DNA of 64,000 nucleotides from Pristiophorus japonicus. Taxonomy: Eukaryota. Shown in pieces: positions 25,801 to 38,840 of the stretch (positions are counted from its first letter, which is position 1; the number at the start of each line of letters is the position of its first letter). The notes under the pieces were generated by a model that ran no database searches, was not told where the DNA came from, and saw nothing but the letters and a program-made list of their open reading frames with translations. The stretch is taken from assembly GCF_044704955.1 (NCBI RefSeq), contig NC_091990.1, forward strand, positions 177,010,001-177,074,000, read 5' to 3'. The translations under genes were made by a program, and so were the position numbers.

Positions 25801-28800
25801 CCGCCTATGACTACACAATTCGGCACAGACTAAGCACTGAAAAGTGCGCTGATGCACTCAGCAGGCTCCCACTAGCCACCACCGAGGGGGCAACCGAGCA
25901 TGCTGCTGAGATGGCCATGGCTGTGGAAGCTTTCAAAAGTGAAGGCTCACCCGTGGCAGCCCGTTAGATCAAATCTGGACAAATAGAGACCCGCTACTGC
26001 CTTTAGTCAAGAAATTTGTCCTTAATGGGGACTGGGCAGTCCCATACGGGGCATGCCCTGAGGAATTCAAACCATTTCACAGGTGCAAGGATGAACTCTC
26101 GATTCAGGCCGATTGCCTACTATGGGGAAACCGAGTAGTCATGCCCCAGATGGGCAGAGAGATGTTCATCAGAGAACTCCACAATAAGCATCCGGGCATT
26201 GTCATGATGAAGGCAATTGTCAGGTCACACGTTTGGTGGCCAGGGATAGATGCAGACCTGGAACATTGTGTTCGCAGGTGCAACACGTGCGCCCAGCTGG
26301 GCAATGCGCCCAGGGAAGCCCCCCTTAGCCTCTGGTCCTGGCCCGCCAAACCATGGTCACGTATCCATGTGAACTATGCAGGTCCTTTCATGGGAAAAAT
26401 GTTTTTGGTTGTAGTCGACGCCTACTCCAAATGGATCGAGTGTGACGTTCTCAATTCAAGCACATCCTCGGCCACGGTAGAAAGTCTACGGGCAATGTTC
26501 GCCGCCCATGGTCTACCTGACGTCTTGGTCAGTGACAATGGCCTGTGCTTTACAAGCATTGAATTCCAGGACTTCATGGCAGGAAATGGTATCAACCACG
26601 TCAGAACGGCATCGTTCAAGCTGGCCTCAAAAGGCCAGGCGGAACGAGCAGTGCAGATAATCAAACAGGGGATGCTCAGAATCCAAGGGGGTTCCCTACA
26701 AAGGCGCTTATCACGCCTCATGTTGGCGAATAGATCCCGACCACACTCGCTCACAGGGGTCCCACCCGCAGAGCTGCTAATGAAAAGGATGCTCAAAACT
26801 AGGTTATCCCTTTTCCACCAACCATGAAAGAAATTGTTGAGAGCAGGCACCAGTCACAATGTGACTACCACGACTGGAATGCGAGGGCGCAATGTATTGA
26901 TGTCAATGACCTTGTCTTTGTTCTCAACTACGCTGCAGGGCCTAAATGGCTCGCAGGCACTGTGATTGCCAAAGAGGGGAATAGGATTCTGGTAGTTAAA
27001 CTTACCGGTGGACAAATGTAAGGGGAGCTTGGGGTGTGGATTCGAATCCACACTCCCCTGGTGTTCTGTATGTGCGATTTATGAGGATGAGTGAGTAACG
27101 AGGCACCAGACACAGTGGGTAAGAGTGCAAAATGGCTAATGTTGTTTATTTAGAATAGTAAACACAAAGATAGAGGGCATAGGAAGAGGTCATAAATAGC
27201 AGTAATGGCACAATCTCACTGAACAACACGAAAAATTCTCGCAACAGGGAAGGGGAAGATAAGAGGTTGAAACATTCCACTCACACATAACCCCACCTCC
27301 CACTTTCACCCTTCTTACCAATTCCTATCCTAAATTGAGTCTGTGAGGGGGTTTGGGCTATACTCACAATCCTATCAACTCCGGGGTTCTGGGGGGCACT
27401 TATTCCAGCTCGGGGTCCCTCTGGGGTGGGCTTTACGTTGTTGGTCTTTTCGGCTTTCCTCCTCGATGTTGCGTCGGTTTCTTCTATTTGCCTCTTGGTT
27501 AGCTCCTAAGCAAAAAGCTGCTGGAGTTAAGCACACCTTCCCCAGAGCGAGGGCTCTGTGAAGGGCTGACTCAACTCCCCTTTAACTCAACTCAACCACA
27601 ACGAAAATGGACTCCCACCTTCTTAACTCAACTCTACAACTCAATGCAAAAGCTGACTCCAACCTCCAACCTCCCAACTCCGACCTCCAACCCCCTTTGT
27701 GTGTTTTTGCAGCTTTTTCTTATCGTCCCTTCATCTTCGCGCCAAAACTGCATGCCATTGTCTTGGGTCTTCCTTGAATAAAAAGGGGTGTGAATGGCAG
27801 TTCGATGTGTATCGATCTGTATGGAATGGGAGATTAGCCACACCTCCTGTATCCTATCGCTCGCTGATGGGGTGAATGAAGATGATTGTTCACTATCTCG
27901 ACAGAGGTACCATTCTGTCTGGGCTGGCCAAAATGATTGCATCAGACCTGTGGGCCTTTGTTTAATTATTCAAACTGATACCCTTTGTGTTGCCTTGTGT
28001 ATTACTGGGGAGATTTTGCCTGGACATGTTGCCCCTTCTGTGAGGGTTTTACACGAAAAGCTAAAATGTAAAGTTGCCTTGTATCCATTTTCCTGGAAGA
28101 ACCGAATGTACACTCTTCCCCCTTACGGTAGCTGGCTCATTCCCCGTCCGGTTCCATGCCCCTGCAACACTGTCTGTTACTGTGCAGGGTGGCCAGAGTC
28201 CCATCATCCTCTGCGGTTTACAGGCTGTTGGCTGCAGTTGGTCATTTTAAACATGGCATCTTCCCATTCTCCCTGCCACATGTCTCTGTGGTTGGTTTTG
28301 CAGAACCTTACACAAATCTGCCGCAAACATGTGGATCAAACACAAAGGAGGTTCAGCAACCCCATAGAAGAAGCAGTGGAAGAACACGATGTAGAGTTCA
28401 CTCCTCCACAGGTGACCGAACACCGGAACCAAGTGGAGGAGAACCCAGTCACAGTGGGCAGTCCGGACAGGTCTGAGGCACCGCAAACAGCAGACACTCA
28501 GGCCAGCGCCCAACAACCGGAGCCCCTACTCAGGCGCTCTACAAGGGACGTAAACCACCAGAGAGACTCAACCTGTGATCGCAATAAGATTTTGGGGGGG
28601 AGGTGATGTCATGTATTTAACTGTCATTGTAACCCATGTATAAACTGACGAGTTGTACACTTTGAGAACATTGACCACTAGGTGGTGAACTTGTGGGAGA
28701 CACTCCTAACCTGGTCTTTCAGGTATAAAAGGGGAAGCTCTACCCACCTTCATCACTTCAGTGCTGGAATAAAAGTTGCTGGTCACAGAGTGAACTTCTC

Positions 28801-28849
28801 TCAAGCATGGGCCTCGTGTGCATTTGTACTGTATGGTAAGGACATATCA
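22834..28849 (+). mobile_element. Full-length decayed Gypsy LTR retrotransposon
   Basis: 243-bp TG..CA LTRs (22834-23076, 28607-28849) with 7 mismatches by eye. TSD GGTTA; PBS TGGCGACGAG (tRNA-Ser-like); PPT at 28594-28606. Gag with two CCHC knuckles, then PR (LDT), RT, RNase H and integrase, all with stops or frameshifts. Confidence 0.95.
27017..28312 (-). mobile_element. 1.3-kb solo LTR inserted in the Gypsy integrase C-terminus
   Basis: TGTAAGG...CCTTACA termini, CAAA duplicated on both sides, and a minus-strand AATAAA at about 27145. The Gypsy frame GQICRKHVDQ is restored when it is removed. Confidence 0.8.
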
Positions 28850-28889
28850 GGTTAGAACTAGTTTCACCCAGTTTGGGTATACTTCAGTA

Positions 28890-29505
28890 GCACCTTAGAG
28901 ATCACCTCATTCATGCCTTTGTTACCTCTAGACTTGACTACTCCAACTCACTCCTGGCTGGCCTCCCACATTCTGCACTACGTAAACTTGAGGTCAGCCA
29001 AAACTCTGCAGTCCATGTCCTAACTCGCACCAAGTCACAAACACCCATTTCCCCTGTGCTTTCTAACCTACATTGGCTCCCGGTTAAACAACGCCTCGAT
29101 TTCAAAATTCTCATCCTTGTTTACAAATCATTCCATGGCCTTGCCCCTATCTCTGTAATTTTTTTCAGCCTCACAACCCCACAAGATGCCTGCATTCCTC
29201 AAATTCTGCCCTTTTGAACATCCCACATCATAACTGCTCAACCTTTGGTGGTTGTGCCTTCAGCTGCTTGGGTCCTGGGCTCTGGAACTCCCTCCCTAAA
29301 CCTCTCCACCTTTCTATCTCTCTTCCCTCCTTTAAGACGCACCTTAAAACCTACCTCTTTAACCAAGCTTTTGGTTTATCTGCCTTAATTTCTTCTTTTG
29401 TGGCTCGGTGTCAAATTTATCTGTTTTATCTTGTTACATTGTTGTGATGCACCTTGGGAGGTTTTACCAAGTTAAAGGCGCTATATAAATAAAAGTTATT
29501 CTTAT
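28890..29505 (+). mobile_element. L2-clade LINE 3' fragment
   Basis: HAFVTSRLDYSNSLLAGLP, LHWLPV, LWNSLP and FKTHLKTYLF motifs; gcgctatataaat tail. Confidence 0.85.
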
Positions 29506-29764
29506 TATCAGTACAACATAGGAAATATCTGCAGAAAGCTCTGTGTCCAGGACAATCGAAATAGAGCACTTGCCTTGAAACAGAAAGGGGCTAATGTAAA
29601 TATTTGCTGAAAGATCTTTTGATCTATGTCTGTGTGCATGTTCCATTGTGCAGAGGGACTGCAAGATGATTGAGTCATCCAATCTTGTGATGCTAATCCT
29701 GATAAATATTGAATTATAAGAACATAAGAAATAAGAACAGGAGTAGGCCATACGACCCCTCGAG

Positions 29765-32700
29765 GTAAAAAAAGGGATGAGGTCCTACGAGACGAATTTA
29801 AGGAGCTAGGAGCTAAGTTAAAAAGTAGGACCTCAAAAGTAGTAATCTCGGGATTGCTACCAGTGCCACGTGCTAGTCAGAGTAGGAATCGTAGGATAGC
29901 GCAGATGAATACGTGGCTTGAGCAGTGGTGCAGGAGGGAGGGATTCAAATTCCTGGGGCACTGGAACAGGTTCTGGGGGAGGTGGGACCAGTACAAACCA
30001 GATGGTCTGCACCTGGGCAGGACCAGAACCAATGTCCTAGGAGGAGTGTTCCTAGTGCTGTTGGGGAGGAGTTAAACTAATATGGCAGGGGGATGGGAAC
30101 CAATGCAGGGAGACAGAGGGAAACAAAAGCAAAAGACCGAAAGGAGATGAGTAAAAGTGGAGGGCAGAGAAACCCAAGGCAAAAAACAAAAAGGGCCACT
30201 GAATATAAAGGGGCTGCAGGAGGGGTCAAAACTAAAAATCATGGTTTAAAAACTAGGATTAAAACACTCTACCTAAATGCACGCAGCATTCGAAATAAAG
30301 TAAATGAGTTGACGGCACAAATCATTACAAATGGATATGATTTGTTGGCCATTAAAGAAACATGGTTGCAGGGTGGCCAAGACTGGGAATTAAACATACA
30401 GGGGTATCTGGCGATTCGGAAAGATAGACAAGAAGGGAAAGGAGGTGGGGTAGCTCTGTTAATAAAGGATGATATCAGGGCAGTTGTGAGAGACGATATT
30501 GGCTCTAATGAACAAAATGTTGAATCATTGTGGGTGAAGATTAGAGATAGTAAGGGGAAAAAGTCACTGGTGGGCGTAGTTTATAGGCCCCCAAATAATA
30601 ACTTCACGGTGGGGTGGGCAATAATCAAGGGAATAATGGAGGCATGTGAAAAAGGAACGGCAGTAGTCATGGGGGATTTTAACCTATATATCGATTGGTC
30701 AACTCCAATCGCACGGGGTAGCCTGGAGGAGGAATTCATAAAATGCATACGGGATTGTTTCTTAGAACAGTATGTAACAGAACCTACAAGGGAGCAAGCT
30801 ATCTTAGATCTGGTCCTGTGTAATGAGACAGGAAAAATAAACGATCTCCTAGTAAAAGATCCTCTCAGAATGAGTGATCACAGTATGGTTGAATTTGTAA
30901 TACAGATTGTGAGTGAGGAAGTAGTGTCTCAAACGAGCGTACTATGCTTAAACAAAGGGGACTACAGTGGGATGAGGGCAGAGTTGGCAAAAGTAGACTG
31001 GAAACACAGACTAAACGGTGGCACAATTGAGGAACAGTGGAGGACTTTTAAGGAGCTTTTTCATAGTGCGCAACAAAAATATATTCCAGTGAAAAAGAAG
31101 GGCGGTAAGGGAAGGGATAACCAGCCGTGGATAACCAAGGAAATAAAGGAGAGTATCAAATCAAAGGCCGATGCGTATAAGGTGGCCAAGGTTAGTGGGA
31201 AACTAGAGGATTGGGAAAATTTTAAACAACAGCAAAGAATGACTAAAAAGCAATAAAGAAAGGAAAGATAGATTACGAAGGTAAACTTGCGCAAAACATA
31301 AAAACAGATAGTAAAAGCTTTTACAGATATATAAAACGGTAAAGAGTGACTTAAGTAAATGTTGGTCCCTTAGAAGATGAGAAGGGGGATTTAATAATGG
31401 GAAATGTGGAAATGGCCGAGACCTTAAACAATTATTTTGTGTCGGTCTTCACAGTGGAAGACACAAAAACCATGCCAAAAATTGCTGGTCACAGGAATGT
31501 GGGAAGGGAGGACCTTGAGACAATCACTATCACTAGTGGGGTAGTGCTGGACAGGCTAATGGGACTCAAGGTAGACAAGTCCCCTGGTCCTGATGAAATG
31601 CATCCCTGGGTATTAAAAGAGATGGCGGAAGTTATAGCAGATGCATTCGTTATAATCTACCAAAATTCTCTGGACTCTGGGGAGGTACCAGCTGATTGGA
31701 AAGCAGCTAATGTAACGCCTCTGTTTAAAAAAATGGGGCAGACAAAAGGCAGGTAACTATAGGCTGGTTAGTTTAACATCTGAAGTGGGGAAAACGAGCA
31801 TGGTGGATAGAGGTGTACCAATGGATGTGGTGTATTTAGATTTCCAAAAGGCATTCGATAAGGTGCCACACAAAAGGTTACTGCAGAAGATAAAGGTACG
31901 CGGTGTCAGAGGAAATGTATTAGCATGGATAGAGAATTGGCTGGCTAACAGAAAGCAGAGAGTCGGGATAAATGGGTCCTTTTTGGGTTGGAAATCGGTG
32001 GTTAGTGGTGTGCTACAGGGATCGGTGCTGGGACCACAATTGTTTACAATATACATAGATGACCTGGAAGAGGGGACAGAGTGTATTGTAACAAAATTTG
32101 CAGATGACACAAAGCTTAGTGGGAAAGCTGGTTGTGTAGAGAGGCTGCAAAGAGATTTGGATAGGTTAAGCGAATGGGCTAAGGTTTGGCAGATGGAATA
32201 CAATGTCGGAAAGTGTGAGGTCATCCACCTTGGGAAAAAAAAACAGTAAAAGGGAATATTATTTGAATGGGGAGAAATTACAACATGTTGAGGTGCAGAG
32301 GGACCTGGGGATCCTTGTGCATGAATCCCAAAAATTAGTTTGCAGGTGCAGCAGGTAATCAGGAAGGCGAATGGAATGTTGGCCTTCATTGCGAGAGGGA
32401 TGGAGCACAAAAGCAGGGAGGTCCTGCTGCAACTGTATAGGGTATTGGTTAGGCCGCACCTGGAGTACTGCGTGCAGTTTTGGTCATTTTACTTAAGGAA
32501 GGATATACTGGCTTTGGAGGGGATACAGAGACGATTCACTAAGCTGATTCCGGAGATGAGGGGGTTACCTTATGATGATAGATTGAGTAGACTGGGTCTT
32601 TACTCGTTGGAGTTCAGAAGGAGGAGGGGTGATCTTATAGAAACATTTAAAATCATGAAAGGGATAGACAGGATAGAGGCAGAGAGGTTGTTTCCACTGG

Positions 32701-33030
32701 TCGGGGAGACTAGAACTAGGGGGCACAGCCTCAAAATACGTGGGAGCCAATTTAAAACCGAGTTGAGAAGCAATTTCTTCTCCCAGAGGGTTGTGAATCT
32801 GTGGAATTCTCTGCCCAAGGAAGCAGTTGAGGCTAGCTCATTGAATGTATTCAAGTCACAGATAGATAGATTTTTAACCAATAAGGGAATTAAGGGTTAC
32901 GGGGAGCGGGCGGGTAAGTGGAGCTGAGTCCACGGCCAGATCAGCCATGATCTTGTTGAATGGCGGAGCAGGCTCGAGGGGCTAGATGGCCTACTCCTGT
33001 TCCTAATTCTTATGTTCTTATGTTCTTATG
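29765..33030 (+). mobile_element. CR1, truncated within ORF1, with an internal deletion in ORF2
   Basis: ORF1 end, endonuclease (30093-31256), RT fragments, a deletion near 31795 and a (TTCTTATG)n tail. Confidence 0.93.
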
Positions 33031-33064
33031 AGCCTGCTCCACCATTCAATAAGATCATGGCTGA

Positions 33065-33712
33065 TGTTGATGGGGGAGAGGGAAGGCTTCTTTTCCCACG
33101 AGCGGGCCCACTGATATAGAGCGTCGACGCTCGCCCCAGCCCACGTAGCAATTCTCGAAGTTAGCAGACAGAGATGGATGGCAAAGTATAACGATCTTTA
33201 TTACGATCGTCCGGGAACATCCCTCATCACAGCCGCCTGCGAGTAGAGATGCTCCCCGAACAGCACAATCGTACAACTTTTATACATTTCAAAAACCCCC
33301 CCGTTCCCTGGTAAGACCTCCCTGGATCTCTAATTGGACTACCTTATCAGTGCTTCTTCTCTAATTGGACTACCTTATCAGTACTACTCCGGATTGACAG
33401 GTCATGAGCACTGACTGACAGGTCATGATCTCGTGACCATCTTAGACCGTTCCCAGAATGGTATCTCTAGGTTGGAATTTGTTATACATTTCCTTTGGTG
33501 CCATGAAGTCTATCTCGGGTCTCTTCGCAAGGACTTATCAATGTCTGTTTAGGTTCCCACATCGTATCCTGTCGGAATATTATTGAATTGATAACTTCTG
33601 GAGCCTTGGTACAAGGCCGAAGAGAGGCCTTATACCTCCTTATGGGTCGGTGCAGGAACCAGCACTTTAACCCTTGTCCCGCTGGTACCCCTAATGCCAA
33701 ATTTCTCTTACA
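33065..33712 (-). repeat. 3' LTR of the env-bearing element
   Basis: On the minus strand it follows the PPT AAAAGGGGGGAAT (33713-33725) and starts TGTAAGAG. It contains duplicated CCAAT-containing 20-mers (33331-33381), TATAAAA at about 33278-33284 and AATAAA at about 33198-33203. Confidence 0.85.
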
Positions 33713-33857
33713 ATTCCCCCCTTTTGGCCCTTGGCTATACGCCAAGCTGGCCATATTTCCCAATAACTATCTCCCTGTAGGCAAGTTCCAGATAGGTCCG
33801 TTCACCTGGGTGGCCATCTCCCAAGCTTCGGGGCCTCCTGAGACCTTTCCCGCAGAG

Positions 33858-35520
33858 TTATATAAGGTAAGTCCTTCCTGTGGGACTGCTTAAATTTTCA
33901 TCCCTTATGGCCTTAATCATAGTGCGTGCCCTGACGTATCGTTTGACCTGTTTAATTCGTGCACATGTTAATCCCATCATGACCATTAGAACCAGGCCCT
34001 GTATTACTACAAGTACATGTGGTATTATTCTTATCCATGGGTGGATCTGAATATCAAGTCCAATGTCCCACAGCTTTGAGTACCAGAGCTGATCAGCCAG
34101 CATCGCGTTAGTGTCTCTCTGTAAGTTGTCTACTTCTTCCATCAGCTGGATATACTGTCGTCTTTGATTCTGGATTCCTTGCACCAAACGTAATTCTTCC
34201 TCATACCTTGTGGTTCCCATACCGCCTCCTTGTACCCCTCTCGGAGGGTATCCGTGACCGTTCCGTGGATGATTTCCGTTGTCTTGGGATGTATGTGGTA
34301 TCCATTTATGTCTATTTTTCCCATGGGCCTGAAACCGAAGTTAGGGTTGGTGATGACACAGGGGGTGACTCCTCCTCTAGTCTTAATCATCGGGTTGGCT
34401 GCTCCTGTGCTCACGCACCAAAGCTCCATTCCCTTGTGGAGCAGCGATTGTTTCGGAATCGTGTTCGAGAGGAGTGATACTCAGCATGCATCCGTTTGTT
34501 TGGTGGAATCTGCAATCATCATTCGTCATTCGTGGCATACCTTGACATAAAAGCACTAAATTATTTTTATAGCAATCAGTTATGTCAATGCCTTTCGTAC
34601 TAGTTTAATTTTAATCACCCATCTGGCAGGCTGACGGTAACGCAACCGAGTTTGATTTCTTTCTTCACCAATATTATCGATCTGGTATAAGAGGTCTCCC
34701 TTTGTTACATCATAGTGTGATATGGACAACATAAATCCGATCATATTCACCCGCCCAGTAATACATCTGAAATTTGGCACCCATGCGTGACTATTCCTTC
34801 GTACCTCGCATTTGTCATTCATTTTTTTATCTGGAGTCCAATTGTTAAGTATGCTGTTCGGGATCCAATCTGGTATGTCGCCATTCTGGAGTTGCTCCAA
34901 GTTATGTTGTACTTCACTTAATCCAGGCCCCATACCTGGAGCGAACTATCTCAGCTTGTAATCGTTTACTTATGTCGTTCCCCATTGAGTGGATCAAATT
35001 TATTGTCTTGGCATGCTTCTGTAATGTATGGGCCACTTGTAACAGTTCCCCTTCCACGCCATCTCCCAACCACGCTTGTAGGGCTTGGTTATCCAAGTCC
35101 CTCCCCAGTAAACCCCTCAAGACTATGCCATTAAGTTGTTAGCCTGGTCGTATATTGCATACAGGTCTATGGAATTCATCGTCGTAATCCCTGCCGCATA
35201 ACCCGTGCCTAGTGTTTCCAGTATTCTCCTTTTTGTTCGACCTTGTCCTGTTCCCTTTCTGAAATTAAATCTCAGGGTAGTGGATTCTGGGCCTTCGAGG
35301 ATCCGTTGTGCCAGGTTCTGGTATAGACTTATAGTTTCATTCCCACAGAAGCTAGGAAGAATGATATCCATTAGATTTAGGTTAAGTAGTCGCTGAAGCA
35401 CCCCAATTATATCCTTTGTTTAGATTCTTTTATTCCTAGCCCCCCTTTGGCTCCAGTCTTTATGGACGGGCTTATGGGGGGACTTGCATGGTTGTGCTGG
35501 GAAGAGTTGTTGTCCCCAGG
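33858..35520 (-). pseudogene. env: Envelope/fusion glycoprotein with F-type architecture, fragmented
   Basis: Furin site RTKR, then a fusion-peptide-like ILETLGTGYAAGITTMNSIDL, a heptad region, a Cys-rich mid-region, HR2, a W-rich stem, TM IIPHVLVVIQGLVLMVMMGLTC and a basic tail. Spread over several frames. Confidence 0.8.
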
Positions 35521-38050
35521 GTGGTTGATGGGGCAGTGGTCCCTTTGGGGCTTGTTTGGTGTCCAAGCCGGAACTTTATTGTCATCTTTCCTCCACACTC
35601 CATCCGTCCCCCTTTTTAGGTTGTATTCCTTCTTGTTTGCGCTGCACATGATCAATACCGGCTTCTCCGTGTTGTTACCGTGTCACGCTTCGGGACATAC
35701 ACCTTATATTCCAGAGACCTCCCTTGGTCTTCATTTTATCCCACTGGCCAGTTTTCCTAAACATCCTGGGGTCCCACTCCACTTTTTGCTCCGTTCTGTT
35801 CCCACCCTTCTGTTTCTTGCGGGGTGGATTTGGCTGCTTGTTTGCAGCTTCGCCCGCCCAGGCATGAGCTTCTAGAGCTGAAATTCCATCCAGTTGGATT
35901 TCTGCGCCCTTCCCCTTTGGTCCTATGAACTTGCTCCTGTCCTCGGAATCTACTGGCGCCCATGGCATCGGCAGCCTGCTGCATTACAACCTTACTTAAT
36001 ACAATATTCATAGCCATGCGTTAAAATAAGTTTTGTCCTTGCTCCAGTCCTTGGCTGCTGGGATGCATTGCGGCAGTTAAATTAAACAAAGCTAGTTCAT
36101 GTAGTTGTGCCTTTCCTGCGTGTGCTATATCTCTCGTAGTCCAACTGTATTATCCAGTGCTTACGTGGGCCTCAAGGTTCCCAGTATCCTGAGTCTCCAG
36201 AGTCGAAGTAGCCGCTGCGGTCCCATCTCGGTGAGTGTTTTATCTGCAAATTTTAAGCAGATAGCCTGGTTGTCACCAGGTGTTAGGTTCTGGTCTACTC
36301 ATCTTTTATCCATGCATGTCGAGGTCACTCTGTGAAATCGGAGGTAAGGGTTAGGTTGGGGTTTGTAGACTACACTTGCCCACCGTGGGGTACATTGGCT
36401 CTATTGCCATAGGTGATGGTGCTATGGCTGCGCACTGCACTATCCGTCTGGCCCCGTTTAAAAAAAAATCTCTTCCAGCTTATTTATCTTAGCTTTTAAC
36501 TCTTTAATTTGTTTTGTTTGAGTATCTTTCTTTTATTTGTATCAGGGGAGTATTATTACATAGGTTCGTTCTGTTTAATTTTAGTCTGACTATCTCACCA
36601 TTTCCTCTATCTGTCAGGTGAGTCTTTTTTATTCTATTAAGAAATCCAAATTAATAATGTCCAGTATAATATAAAACAGCTGTCAATGGAAAGGGTTAAC
36701 TCCTTTACAGGTTTGTGAGAAAGCCTGATGTCATTACGTGACTTCGCGTAATCATCCGAAAAATTCTTTTTTAAGTCTTTGTGCCTTCAAAACTTGCTTA
36801 GAAATTAGGAATCCGTTAAAACAGCAGAAATCATTAGTAAAGCCATCATAATAAAAGTCTTCTCATCAGGAAAGATGACATTTTAGATTAAACTCCAATT
36901 TTTTCTTAACTTCTAATTCAAGTACTTGCCAAAGATTTTTTTAAAAATTGATTTAAAACGAGACCACACATTTTTAATAGCTATTTTGTTTACTGAAATC
37001 CAATTTTCACACAAGCTGTATACATTCCAACATTTCGTTTTTTTTCCCGGTCCTGTTCACTGGGCAAATCTTGTGTTTTATTTCTCTCTCAGCACAAAAT
37101 CTAAACATCCGTGCCAGTTCCATTTTCTATAAGAATTTAAAAATTCAGTAAGATTCTCTAATTCCCAGTTTTTTCTTTCTCTGCTGAGTTTGCATAGCTT
37201 AGATCTTTTCTCCTCGTTATTTTCAAAACCCTCCTGCTTGTTGAGACTGTTCGGGACTTTTCTTGATAAACAACGTCCATTTTGGAAATCTTTCAAACTG
37301 CAGTGGAACTTTCTCGTAATTTAAAATCATTATTAATGGAGAATGTCTTTTACCTCTTCAAATTCTTTTTTTTCTCCAATTAAACCAATATCTTTTTCAC
37401 AGCCGATATCAACTAGTATTTAGTAAGTTATGTCTTTTTCCATCGCAAACACCCCTTTTTTTTCCAGCACCTAATTAGTGCGTTACGTCTTTTTTTTCCA
37501 GATCACCTTTCTTCAAATTAGGTTTTATATTTTACACGGAGGGCTCGTGACTCCGTAAGTTTGTTAATTTAAAATCATCAGACAATCGAAGACACTTTTT
37601 CTTTCAAATTCGTTCAATTTGTTTACTTTCAAAGTGGCGTCTTTATCTTTTTCTTTTCTCCATAACTAGAACGGAGTCTAGCACGTAGGCTTTGAGGGCT
37701 GCTTTTCGTTATCTCAAAAGGTTCCAGTTTCAAGGTCGTTACAATGTTTTTTTCTAAACTGCTAAAGCTTGCTGTTTTAATATTTTTCAAAAGTCCCTTT
37801 TACACCTTCGTAGATAGTTTACCACTCGCCCAGGAGTTTGACCTGATCCCTGAAGGTATTTCTAAATTGTTTCTAAACCTTTTAGTTTTATATCCTCCTT
37901 TTTTCTTCAAGAGATCAGATTTAATTTAATAATTTTTTTTGAATCCATCTCAGTATTTTGCTGTGCCTTCTCTTAATATCTCAAATTTTGTAATGTCAAT
38001 CTTTATCCGAATAAATGCACATCTGCGTTTCTAACTTAAAATGTCTTAAA
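35520..38050 (-). pseudogene. Decayed gag-like / K-E-rich coiled-coil region
   Basis: Lies between the PBS and env. Short A-rich K/E-rich ORF remnants (37078-37296, 35675-35968) and a Pro-rich patch; no diagnostic motif recognised. Confidence 0.35.
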
Positions 38051-38822
38051 ACTTCCCACATACAGGACAACACTACAAAGGGTTAAAAAAACTTTCACTC
38101 TGTTTGGAAAAGTGGGTGGAGCTGCACTATCTTTCCAAACAGGCTTTCAGAAACATGAACAATTCATTCCGCAGTCAGAAAATCACACAAGGACTCTCAC
38201 TCAACGACAGACATTCACAAAAGTCTCTCTTCATTCAACCAAGCCTATTAATTGTTTGGCCGGCTCTATTTTTAAGATAGTCACTATCAGCTTTTTTATG
38301 GTATTACGTAGTTACGCAAGTTACAATTAATGATTGGTTTTATTCGCCTTTTTAATAGCCGTGTTACCCATCTTCTTTGGGGTTATGAGGGTCTTGGGTA
38401 CTCCCTTAAATTCGTGTTAGGTATGCAGGACGCTATCTATATGTCTTCCCTTGGCGCTGTACACTTGTACTGCCACGCTTTGGGTCAATATATCCCGTCA
38501 CTGCCGGGACGTTGTCTCTATGTCCTCACTCTCTCGTCCCTGCACCGTGCGCTCGTACCACTTCAGGTCAATAGACCTTCCTCTATATCTTCCCTTGCGC
38601 GTATCCTCGCACTGCCGTGCTACCTCCACGCGCGCGTTTTCGGATGCACCTTTTGTCCCCCTTTCACCCCTAGATCGTCCTAGTCCTCTGTCTCCGTCCC
38701 TCCGGGACTCACTACAGATGGCTCTTTTGTACGGATGTCATTCCCTTGCGGTTTACAATGCCACAGCTCTAACTTGAAGGTGGTAAATTAAAACATACTC
38801 ACCCCAACAGCTGGGTCATTAT

Positions 38823-38840
38823 ACCCTGCTCGCAGCGCCA
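38823..38840 (-). promoter_or_regulatory. Primer-binding site complementary to tRNA-Ser
   Basis: The minus strand reads TGGCGCTGCGAGCAGGGT two nt after the LTR end. This matches the recalled vertebrate tRNA-Ser(UGA/CGA) 3' end with about one mismatch. Confidence 0.75.

Noticed and set aside
27794-28606. 270-aa ORF
   Set aside because: It is a chance open frame on the antisense strand of the solo LTR, running into the Gypsy integrase tail.
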